Shown here piece after piece: positions 1 to 10,699 of a stretch of 64,000 nucleotides of DNA. The position numbers and the translations under genes are program-made. The first letter of the stretch is position 1. Each line of letters opens with the position of its first letter. Under the pieces are notes generated by a model, which saw only the letters and a list, made by a program, of their open reading frames with translations, did not search any database and had not been told where the DNA came from. This DNA comes from Squalus acanthias (taxonomy: Eukaryota): the NCBI GenBank assembly GCA_030390025.1, contig JASTWF010000033.1, forward strand, positions 2,048,001 through 2,112,000, given 5' to 3'.

Positions 1-340
1 GGCTCAATGGGACCTTCCCATTGCTCGTCAAACAAATCCTTTTGCCGACGGTAACACTGATTCTGGGTGCAATGATCCTCACCCTGGGACACAGTAAATA
101 AGTCTCTTTGTAGGCAAATCCGGATGCGCTGGAGTATTCCGTCGAATTCGTTCCCAGCCATCCCGGCCACCTTCCCTTGTGGAAATAAGTGGCGGTTTCC
201 TCAGCCTTTCGCTCCCCGGTCCCATCCATCGTGATGGGGCCCGTGTCCCCGGAGCAACCGAACACAACGACATCCTTGGTGAGGCCCCGATAGGCCAATC
301 CATATCCGATCGTTGCGAGCACTATCAGAATCCTTTCCAT
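1..340 (-). CDS. env-like glycoprotein, N-terminal 113 aa (open to window edge)
   Basis: Manual translation from ATG at 340: MERILIVLATIGYGLAYRGLTKDVVVFGCSGDTGPITMDGTGERKAEETATYFHKGRWPGWLGTNSTEYSSASGFAYKETYLLCPRVRIIAPRISVTVGKRICLTSNGKVPLS, with no stop. It has a hydrophobic signal-peptide-like start, an NST sequon and 3 Cys, and lies downstream of pol. A candidate splice acceptor (ttttatctgatcacAG) ends at 353. Confidence 0.7.
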   Translation of the reverse strand, partial: MERILIVLATIGYGLAYRGLTKDVVVFGCSGDTGPITMDGTGERKAEETATYFHKGRWPGWLGTNSTEYSSASGFAYKETYLLCPRVRIIAPRISVTVGKRICLTSNGKVPLS

Positions 341-609
341 CTTTCCTGGTTCCTGTGATCAGATAAAATGATGTAGCCAGCCTCCCAAGAGTCTCTGGCT
401 TTTGTGAAGCGTGAGCGGGTCCCTTGACCTCGTCTCACGTACAAAGACACGTATGCTGGATAGACCTTAACTATTCCTATCACTAACTCCCATCATTTTA
501 CCATTTACTTTTAAAATTAAACTACAATCTTACCAAACTTAAAACATTATAAACTTAAACTTATCCTAAACGTAACTGTACAGCGCCGCCCGTTCCCAGG
601 GCGGCCTAC

Positions 610-3600
610 CTAAATTCTGTGAAGGCTGCCACGAGCTTTTCCCAGTGGCGGGGGGGCACTGACCCCTTCCATTGATCTGCCGCAGCCTGTCGTCACTGCG
701 CTGGGACTGGGATCTCCCTGGAGTGCCTTGAACTTACGCCTGGGGGTGTACGAGGGATTTGACCACAACTTCCTGGGCTGGGGTGTCCGACTCGACCTAC
801 GGAGGGCTACCTTGGGCAAGATTCCCAGGACCGACGGACCGGGAACCGAGACTTCCACCGTCACGGCCTGTGGTCCCACCACAGCCGCCGGCTCTGTCTC
901 CCCTGGCCCCGCCCCCTGGGCTCGGGACCTGCAGTTTCTGACTCCACCCTACTTGTCTCTCCAGTATGTTGAACTCCACTCACAGTCCCTGTCTCCCCTG
1001 GCCCCGCCCCCTGGGCTCCGCCCCCCTGGCCCCGCCCCCCTGGCCCCGCCCCCTGGGCTCGGGAGCTGCAGTTTCTGACTCCACCCTACTTGTCTGTCCA
1101 GTATGTGGATCTCCACTCACAATCCCTATCTCCCCTGGCCCCGCCCCCCTGGCCCCGCCCCCTGGCCCCGCCCCCTGGGCTCGGGACCTGCAGTTTCTGA
1201 CTCCACCCTACTTGTCTCTCCAGTATGTTGAACTCCACTCGCAGTCCCTATCTCCCCTGGCTCCGCCCCCTGGCCCCGCCCCCCTGGGCTCGGGAGCTGC
1301 GGTTTCTGACTCCACCCTACTTGTCTCTCCAGTATGTGTAACTCCACTCACAATCCCTGTCTCCCCTGGCCCCGCCCCCTGGCTCCGCCCCCCCTGGCCC
1401 CGCCCCCTGGCCCCGCCCCCTGGCTCCGCCCCCTGGCCCCGCCCCCTGGGCTCGGGACCTGTGGTTTCCGACTCCACCCTACTTGTCTCTCCAGTATGTT
1501 GAACTCCACTCACAGTCCCTATCTCCCCTGAGCTTGGGTCGAGGGCGGAACCTCCGTCCTCTGTCCCCACCACCTCTCCGACCGGGTCACTACCTTGGTC
1601 GAGCTCTCCGAGCTCTTCCTCATCTGAATCCCAACACCAAGAAAAGATCCTACACTTTTCCAGAATGTCCTCTCCCCTCAAGCAGGCTGCTTTACCGGCC
1701 TGTGTGCCCTGCGGTTCTACCTGGGGCTGAGAGTCCCCACTCGCAGGTTTGGCCCCTGTGATTGGCCCCTGTGCACCCGGCTTGTACAGCTTGCACTGGT
1801 TAATGTGGAACCATTTCGTGCGCCGGGGTACCTTCACGGCATACACCATGGGACTCGCCTTATCTACAATACTGTGGGGTCCCATATACAGTGGTTCCAA
1901 ACTCCCTACTCTGGCATAGTTCCTAACCATGACCTGATCTCCGACTTCCCACTCCTGCTTCTTACGGGGTTCCAGCAACAGTCGATTGCCCTGATGCTGT
2001 CTTCCCATGTTCCCAGCCGCCTGCTCGTAAACCTGCTTCAGGCGCTCCAAGAGGGTCTGGACAAACTTGTCCTTTTTCACCTTTTGGAGCTGAACCTCAG
2101 TGAGCACCGGGGCTAGTACATGGGTGGGGGTTCGCATGATCCTCCCAGTCATCACCTCGTACAGGGAATACCCCGTACTCTTCGACTGGCTGGCCCGGAT
2201 TCCCATGAGGACTAGAGGCAGAACCACCGCCCATTTTTGGGGCGAGTTCATAGTCTCTTTCCTCAGTTTCTCCTTGAGAGTCCGGTTCATGCGTTCAACA
2301 ATCCCTGATGACTGGGGATTGTGCGCTACGTGCCACTTCCCTTCAATGCCCAAAAGCATGAGGGTGTTCTGCATCACCTGGCCGGTGAACTGACTCCCTT
2401 GGTCTGACTCCACGAAACGGGGGAGTCCCCACCGCGAGAACACTTCCCGGACCAAGATCTTGGCAGTACCCAGCGCCGTAGCTGTTCTACAGGGGAAAGC
2501 TTCTACCCACTTGGAAAACACATCCACCAAGACGAGGCAGTATTTGTAGCCTCCCTGGGTGGTGGGCAGGGGCCCTATGTAATCGATCTGTATCGACTGC
2601 CATGGTCCCTCCACCCTCCTGATGTGCCCCATGTGCACTTTCCTTTTCTGGGGGTCTGGGTTGTTTGCAGCGCACACAAGACAGCTTGCACAGAACTCGC
2701 GGACCTGCTCCCTGAGTCCCGGCCACCATCCTGCCTGCTCTACCCGTTCCCAGGTAACCTCAGGCCCGGGGTGTCCTGCCCCAGGCCCCTCATGAGCCAA
2801 CTGGAGGAATTCCCTCCTGTGCTGCTGCGGCACAATCCACTGTTCCTCGCGGAACAGCATGCCTTCTTTAACGGAGAGGGTTGCCGTACTGTACGGGCCC
2901 TCTACCTGCTTGCCCTCAGTAATCGTTCTGAGAACTACTTTTAGGGCGGGATCCTGGCTCTGGACGGTCTAAAGGTCTAGGGGCAGTGCTACCCTGGTGT
3001 TCCCGGGATTCCCTTCCCTGCCTTGGATCGCTGCCACGGGTCCGGGTCCATAGGGGTCCCAGAAAATGCCGTTACGGGCACCTCCCTGGCTAGCGCATCC
3101 GCCTGCTGGTTGCCCTCCCCGCGGGGTTCTGTGGAGGAGTGAGCCTTCACCTTATGGATGAAAATCTCCCCTTCCTCCCCCACTGCTGCTAGGATCTTTT
3201 CCAGCAAGGGCTTCACCGTTAAAGGTCGTCCGTCCGCGGAGGTGTAGCCACGGCGGGACCAAATGACCAGATATTCCTTACACGAATTGCACGTAAACAT
3301 ACTGTCCGAACTAATCGTGTATGGTGTTGGGAAGATCTCTCGGTGGGTAACTACGTACGCCACCGCAGACAGCCCAGTCTGCTGCGCGCTCATCGTGCTG
3401 GGGAGTTTAATTGCCAAGGCAAGGTTTGCCGCAGGGTCATAAACTCCACACCCTGTGAGTTGTTCGCCAGCGGACACTGTGCTGGAACCATAAACATAAA
3501 TCTCGCGGCCTGTGGGATGTATCCCGGCCCGCAAACCTATGTTGACCTCCCACACGCCTTCCACCGAACACTGGTGGGCTGTCCGGGGTATACCAGGTTG

Positions 3601-5450
3601 GCCGCGAGCCTGGGCTCGCAAAGACCTTTAACTCTAAGATCCATCTGGGAAAGGAGAAGGGTCCAACGCGCAATACGAGTGCTGCTTACGGTCCCATCCT
3701 TAATCCTCCCATCCAGAAGCATCTTGGTTGGCGTGTGATGGGTGAGGAGAATGATGGGAGTGAGCCCTGTGAAGATCGCTGATCTTTTCACAGCCCAATG
3801 CGTGGCTAAAAGATGCCTCTCGCAGTTGGAAAAACTCCTCTCCACATCCGTTAACACCCTGGACGAATAGACAACCGGCCTCAGCTTGCCGTGACGCTCT
3901 TGGAGCAGCACAGCGCTCAAGCTGTCTCCGCTGGCAGCTACCTCCAGGAAAAACTCCTCCCCCCAGTCTATGGCCCCTAAAGCTGGCGCGGTCTGCAGAT
4001 CCCTTTTTAACTTCTCGAATACTGCCTGACAGCCCTCGTCCCAAGACCACTACACTCCCTTATGGAGGAGTCGGAGCAGCGGAGCTGCTGTGGCCGCATA
4101 GTCCTCGATGAAGTCTCTACAGTATCCGGTCAGTCCCAGAAAGGACCTCACACCCGTTATGGTGTTGGGAATCGGTAACTCCTGCACCGACTCCCTCCTA
4201 GCCTTATCTATGGCTCTTTCCCCAGCGCGAATGGTCAGACCCAGGAATTTTACTTCCTGCTGACCGATCCGTGCTTTCTTAGGGTTAACTTTAAAACTCT
4301 TTCTCGCTAGCAGCTCCAATAACTCGGCTAGCAGTGGTCCATGCTCCTCCCTTGAGTCCGTGAACAGGAGCAAATCATCCACGTGCTGCACTATCTGATT
4401 GGGCTGATTAAACTCCTTTAAACTTCCTGCCATACACTGATGGAAAATACTGGGGCTGTTGTGAAAACCCTGTGGCAAACAGTTCCATGTGTACTGTTGT
4501 CCTTTAAAAGTAAAGGCAAACTTGTACTGGTCCTCTCGCCGCAGCGGGATGGACCAAAAACCGTTCGAGATATCCAGAACCGTGAACGTGGTCGCGGATG
4601 CTGGGATACTCCCTATTAGGTCAGCAACTGCTGCTACTGTAGACGCGCAGGCAGGGATGTTACTGTTAAGGACTCTGTAGTCCACCGTGGCCCTCCACGA
4701 ATTATCCGGCTTCCTTACCGGCCATAATGGGGAGTTCACGTGTGTGGCTATCGGCCTCAACACGCCCTGCTGCACCAATGAGGACATTGCTGTCTCCATA
4801 TGGGGTTCTGCTTCTTTGGGGAAGTTATACTGCTTTTGGGGCCGGATCATGGGGTCCCCGTCTATGCTGACCTCAAACCCGGTAACCCTCCCACAATCGT
4901 GCTTGTGGGTTGCAAATGCGTGCATATTATCTGACACGTACGTTTGCATGTCCGTTGGGACATCCGCGAACATAAGCCTGAGGTCGTAACCTCCGGATGG
5001 CTTCATGGTACATAGGGCCCCTTTACCTTCCTTCCCCGGGATTACAACTACCTTGCCTTTCCCACCCTTGGCTCCCCAGAGACAGTGATTCCTAAGGTCC
5101 ACGAGGATCCCGTGTTCCGCTAGGAGATCCGATCCGAGGATACCTCTGCCACCCCCCTCTTGCCATTTCATCAGTATGCACTTCCATGTGGTGTGGAGTT
5201 CTCCTAAATGAATGGAGAGCGGAATGGAGAACGCGCCAGCCTGCTCTTTTCCCGTGAACCCCGCTAATGTGAATGGGACCTTGGTAGACAGTGGTGAGTC
5301 AAAGGGGCTATCCATTAGGATCACGGTGCATGAAGCTCCCGTGTCCAACAAGTAACTACCCTTCTGCTTCTCTACCTCCATCTCCACCAGGGGTCTTTTC
5401 CACGCATCATAGCTGAGCGGACACAGGTAAACTGGCTGCGCGGGCTTTAG
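610..5450 (-). pseudogene. pol: pro-pol (protease, RT, tether/RNase H-like, RNase H, integrase), disrupted
   Basis: Protease LLDTGA; RT LDISNGF, LPQGFHNSP and HVDD (YxDD altered); first RH fold SAVLLQ..RPVVYSSR..ERHLLA; second RH fold YVYGSS..SDS..HKVKAH..GNQQADALA; integrase HHCC, IDYIGP, SDQGSQF, ERMN. In-frame TAG at 4050-4052, frameshifts near 3580 and 3085, stop near 2968. Tail ORF 610-882 has an LRRSSRTPQP motif typical of integrase tails. Confidence 0.92.
896..1530. repeat. Composite GC-rich tandem repeat (5 copies of a ~110-160 bp unit with GGGGCGGGGC boxes) inside the integrase C-terminal tail
   Basis: The core CTCCACCCTACTTGTCT recurs at ~942, 1079, 1201, 1309 and 1472, separated by variable numbers of CCCTGGCCCCGCCCC subunits. 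Confidence 0.95.
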
Positions 5451-7224
5451 TCATTGGGTACTGGTGGACGGGGTTGTGGCATCTGTGGGGCCGGTAACGA
5501 CTGCCACCCTCCCGTGCGAAATCATAAGGGACCGCATGGCTCCCAACATTGATTCTATCGCATCGGGATGGATAGGCACACCAGCTCCTTTCTCAGAGAC
5601 AGGCGCTTGGGTTCGGACTGCGGGAGCTTTGTTCCTGGAGTCCTTCCAGGGATTCCTGCAGTTTTTACGCCAGTGACCTGTCTTCCCGCACCCGTAACAA
5701 ACACCACTGGTTTGTGGGGCGCGATTTCGCTCCTGATGCCACTCTTTCTGAGCCGGAGCTGCGGGCTTTGCCTCATGCACCTTTCCCTTAAGGGGACGCG
5801 CTCCCATGCTCCTAGTGTTCCGATACCATATGGTGAGTCGATTCAGGACAGACTCCTCCGTTGTGGCGGGGTTAGTGGCAAGCTGTTGGCTACCATGCAC
5901 CTGAGCCAATGAGCTTTCCCGGCGCCGTCCAGGTAGTGGCGCGCTGGCGCACCTGGGCAGCTACGCTGGTATACTGGCCACAGTCTGGCGGCGAAAACCC
6001 GCGGGGGTTCTCCCTCCATCTGTACGGTCTGACCCAATCTGACGAATGGATCTTCGTCATCCGCCCCTAACACTTCTTGGACCTCGTCCCGTAACTCCCC
6101 ATAGGTTTTATTTCCCTTCTTGGTCTCATCGGAGAGACACTGAAGGATCGAGCTATCTAAAGAGAACAGCAACATTTTGGTCTTTTCCTCGTCGTCGCTG
6201 CCATTAATTGCTGCGGTCTGTTCTACTTCCCTAAAATGTACGGAAGGGTCTTCTGACTCGGACAGCTTCCGTACATGGCTAGTCATTGCTCTCAGCTGGT
6301 GTGAGCTGTGGGGCAATACAAGTTGGTTCAGGATATCCCCGTCTGCCCCATTTGCCCCATTCGGGCCTCTCTTGTGACCTCGGAGCGGACACATCGGTCC
6401 CGGTCTCGACGTTACCTCCGGGGATTGTCCTACCTCGGGAACCTTCTTCTCTATTTCCACCACTTCCTCCCTTACCCAGGTTGCCGAATAGCTGGGTGGC
6501 GCGGAGGGCATAGTGGCAGATACCTCTTCTGCTTTTTCCGGTAGGGATTTTGGGAAATCCCTACCCGCCTGTGGCTGGCTCGCTGACGGGCTGATGAGAC
6601 ACACCAAGCCGTTTGCCTTATTCAGGGCCTCTCTTAGGTTCCCTATCTCCTTCTGGCAAACACTGTGGTCGGCTCCTCGAGAGCCATCTTGTATGCCGCC
6701 CTAACTCCCTTCAAGCTTTCTTCCTGGGCTTTTATCTGGCTAGCTAGGCGGATACACCGTTCTCTAATCCTGCCCTCGTTTAATTTTGCTTCCGTGACCT
6801 GACATTCTAGGTCATCAATTTTAGCCTCATGGTGGTTGGCTACTATTTGGCGTTCCTGATGTAACGCATTCAATGACACAATGAGTTTCTGTCCTCCCGT
6901 GACCTTTTCCTCCATCTCAACTTCCAATTCCCTGATCTGAGCTGCCTGTGCTGCAATGACCTGCTCCGAAAGTTGGACTTGCTTCTTGTAGCACATCAGC
7001 CAGACCGCTTTCTCTACCGACTTCTTATGATCTTTACTGCCTGTCCATTTGATGGCGGCGTCTAGCGGTCGCGTATCCATCAGTAGGTCACTTATCCACT
7101 TTTTGGTTAAGTTAACCTTCCCAAACACATAGTCGGCTACCCTCTCATCCATCACATTTCGCCTATTCAAACCAGGGTCTAAAACATTACTCTCCTGCTG
7201 CCAGAGTCCTGCCGCGGTCTCCAT
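5451..7224 (-). pseudogene. gag: gag, split by two frameshifts (~6660, ~5900): coiled-coil N-terminus, capsid-like middle, single CCHC zinc knuckle
   Basis: ORFs 6643-7224 (heptad-rich QIRELEVEMEEK..KIDDLECQV), 5843-6607 and 5451-5909 (CYGCGKTGHWRKNC), located between the LTR and the protease. Confidence 0.85.
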
Positions 7225-7228
7225 TTTC

Positions 7229-8895
7229 TGAAAGGGGGCGTGTCTCAGACGGTGCTGGTGCGAGGTTAGGCCTTCGTTGCCTAATACTATTGCTTGCTCT
7301 GGTATCCGGCCAGCCTTTTTGCAATAAGCACCTGTTAGTGGTTCGACCCACTCGCCCTTACGGTTCTAACACTGGACTTAGGTGCAAGGAGCAGTAATGC
7401 AGAGAAAACTCAAATAGACCCTGTTGAATAGTACGAAATGGAAATCTTTATTGCATGGCGTCTAAAATCATTAAGTACATGTCATAGGCGCAAATCAACG
7501 AGAGTACAAGTATACATACATTCATAAAGCTTGGTCTATGGAAATGAAGAACACACGGCACATCGTAAAAAGGGGAACATATTATACCTTAACCTTATTA
7601 AAAACCACCCTCACTTAACAATACCTACATTACGTCTAGATTTGTAGGATCGAAAAACATGCTCACCACTCCTGTTACTTCGGAGATTTTTAAAGTGAGG
7701 CACTCAGCTCGTTTCGCTGCAGCGCCTGACTGTCACGTGTTTGGAAGGGTCTCTGCACCCCACTTGTTTACTTTCGCTGCTGCGAAAAGCAGGCCAGACT
7801 CTCTGTTGTCATGAAGAACTCGGCAGAACTCGGAACGTTTGTAAAATTCAAAGAAGAGGCTTCCTGTGCTCGAAACAGGTTGTAGTCGGTAGAACTCAAA
7901 GAAGAGTTCTTTATTTATATTTACGGGCGCGGTCGGGGTTTACTGACCGTGGCGGCACGTGGATTCTTCTCGTCTTCTTCTCGTCTCATCTCTTCAGGCC
8001 TCCAGGTCCAGACACCATTTACCGACACTCGGGAAGGTGTACCCTGTTACTTGCCCTTGTCGGGGTGGCTCGTTCCGATTGAGCTGCACCCAACATTCGA
8101 ATAACCGACCAGTACGGCTTAGAGTCAAGAGTCAACAAAGTCCAGAGAAACACAAAGTCCAGCCCTAAGGAAAAGCTTCAGCAAGGATCTACCGAGAGAT
8201 AAGAGCCAGCCGGGAGAATAAGAGTTCAGCAGTCAGCAGCGAGATAAGAGACCGATGGACATTTGTTCTCTATAGTTATAGTGATGTGTCCCCTTATCTC
8301 CCGCTCAAATCTTAATGTTTGTCCTTTGTGTAATATTGGCGCACAAAACTCCCAGCATGGGGCGATTCTTTTCTTTAACGGGTTTCGGTAGCACCTGAAA
8401 CTGGCCAACCAGCCATTAATGTCTTCCCCATTGTTAACCAGCCAGGATGTGTATGAATCGTCTCCCTTACTGGTTTTGGGGCCTCCCCGAATATTGACTT
8501 AATCACCCGTCAATGTCTCTCTCATTGTAGAGCCGTGGTGGTATTTGTGTATTGGTATGTCTGGATGGGCCTTCAATTGCCCAGTACAATGGTCCATACT
8601 GTGAATAGGAAAACGATTCCAGCACTTATATCTTTGCTATTGTTCCAAATGCAACGGGTTGCATCCTGTCTTTATCAGTGTTTACCGAGTATGATCCAAT
8701 TTTTTACTGATTGTTTCTTCGACGCCATCTTGTCTGCTCACTGTTTTTCTGGAAGCTTCTGCCACGATGCGCGGCGGCCATTTTACAGGCTTCTGTGTCA
8801 TTTATTATCAGGACAGCAATTTGTTTAATAAAACTGATCAAACGAATCTGCTTCTCTCTTGTTATTTTGAATCGCGATAATTGCGAAACTTTACA
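7229..8895 (-). repeat. 5' LTR (~1.67 kb) of the provirus
   Basis: The minus strand begins TGTAAAG and ends CTTTCA. It shows colinear block homology over its whole length with the TSD-bounded solo LTR 54896-56527. AATAAA (minus) at 7447-7452; TATAACTATA (minus) at 8271-8280. Confidence 0.88.
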
Positions 8896-8904
8896 GATTG
8901 GCGG

Positions 8905-9003
8905 TTAGGATCAGATCAGCCATGATCTTATTGAATGACGGAGCAGGCTCGAGGGGCCAATTGGCCTTCTCCTGCTCCTATTTCTTACGTTCTTATGTTC
9001 TTA
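8905..9003 (+). mobile_element. CR1 LINE 3' tail fragment
   Basis: GATCAGCCATGATCTTATTGAATG..GGAGCAGGCTCGAGGGGCC..CCTGCTCCTATTTCTTA(TGTTCTTA) terminus, shared with other CR1 copies in the window. Confidence 0.8.
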
Positions 9004-9485
9004 CTATTTCTACGGCCACTTCCTTAAGTACCCTAGGATGTAGATTATCAGGCCTTGGGGATTTATCGGCCTTCAATCCCGTCAATATCCCTGCAATTGT
9101 TTTAATTCAATTCCTCCCTCTCATTAGACAGGATGAATATTGGGCTGTGGTTATTGATTATTCCACTTCTGTAACTGATTAAGGTTTGACGAACCAGTTC
9201 TTACCTCTGATTCAGAGTCTCTGCACAGGTAACCTGCAACGATCTCTGGCCTTAGCTCAGTGAGGTGTGTCCCTGCGAGGAGAGACATGCATAACTGAAG
9301 AACATGTATATCAGGTTTTCATAATACACATATCAGTCCCGAGGGCAGTAAATAATAGCATTAATAAATTGATAAATATGTAATATATAGGGCAATGCCT
9401 CAATAAATAAAACACTTCAATATCCGCAATGATTAAAGGAACTGATGAATGTGATTAATTTGTACTCAAGTTACGGAGAACTCCT

Positions 9486-10699
9486 TAGAATTTACAGCAC
9501 AAAACAGGCCATTCGGCCACACTAGGTTATGCCAGTGTTTATGCTCCACAGGAGCCTCCTCCCACCCCTCTTCATCTCACCCGATCAGCATAACCTTCTA
9601 CTGCTTTCTACCTCGTGTACTTCTCTCGCTTCCCCTTAAATGCATCTCTGCTATTCGCCTCAAGTACTCCAAGTTGTAGGGAGTTCCACATTCTAACCAA
9701 TCTCTGAGTAAAGACATTTCTCCTCAATTCCGTATTGGATTTATTAGTGACTCTCTTTTATCGATAATCTCCAATTTTGCACTCACGTCACGAGTATAAA
9801 CATCTACCCTATGTTACCCCTTCAAAATTTAAAGGCCTCTATTAGGCCACCCCTCAGCCTTCTCTTTTGTAAAGAAAGGAGCCCCAGCCTGTTCAATCTT
9901 TCCTGATGCTTATAATGTCTCAGTTCTGGTGTCATCCTTGTAAAAATATTACACTTTCTCCAGAGCCTTAATATCCTTTATGTAATATGGAGATCAGAAC
10001 TGCACACAGTCCGCTCAGTGTGGTATAACCAAGGTTCGATATAAGTTTAAGCTAACCACTTTGCTTTACGATTCTATTCTTCTAGAAATGAACCCCAGTG
10101 CTTTGTTTCCATGTTTATGGTCATGTTAACATGCGTTGCTACTTTAAATGATTTGTTAATCGGTGCCCCTCTACCCCATTCCCACTCTGATTTCCAAGGA
10201 GTATTTGGGAAACTTATTCTTCCTAGCAAAATGCAGTACCTCTCACTTAGCTATATTGAAATTAATTTGCCATTTAAACGCCCTTTCTGCAAGTGTATTA
10301 ATGTCTGGCGGTATTGTATTGCATTCTTCCTCTGTATTAACTGTACTTCCAATTTGGATTCATCTGCAAATTTTGAATTTGTTCTTCTGCTTCCCGATTC
10401 AATATCGTTTATGTAAATGGTGAACAACAATGATTGCAACGCCGATCCTTGTGGAACATCACTTCTCACCATCCACCTATCTGAGTAAATAGCTTTATCC
10501 ACTACTCCCTATTTTCTGTTCTTGCAGCCATCTTGCTATCCATTCTGCTGCTTGTCTCCTAACTCCACTTGCTCTGTGATTCAGTCTGCTATGTGGTACC
10601 TTATCGAATGGCTTTAAAAAATCAAATATATCTCCTGCATAACCCTTATCTAATCTTTCTGATACTTATTCAAATAATTCACTAAGGTTACTCAAGCAA
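9486..10699 (-). mobile_element. Old degenerate CR1-type LINE fragment (continues at ~11435-11610 after a nested insertion)
   Basis: Minus-strand remnants VPQGS..LFTIYIND..SKFADESKL, with a 3' tail at 9486. The distal part has RPVSITSMVGKLMES. Confidence 0.75.

Larger units (their letters stand above)
1..8895 (-). mobile_element. Endogenous retrovirus-like LTR element (lokiretrovirus-like architecture: LTR-gag-pro/RT/tether/RNaseH/IN-env-like), defective, 3' part beyond window start
   Basis: Ordered minus-strand domains: CCHC gag, LLDTGA protease, RT, two RNase H folds, HHCC/DDE integrase and a signal-peptide ORF. They are preceded by a TG...CA LTR homologous to the solo LTR at 54896-56527. 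Confidence 0.9.

Noticed and set aside
728..1531. Plus-strand Pro-rich ORFs
   Set aside because: Antisense translations of the GC-rich tandem repeat in the pol tail.
7338..7351. GTGGTTCGACCCAC B-box/T-loop-like motif (also ~55003-55016) as a tRNA gene
   Set aside because: No cloverleaf or A-box; it is a small conserved hairpin within the LTR.
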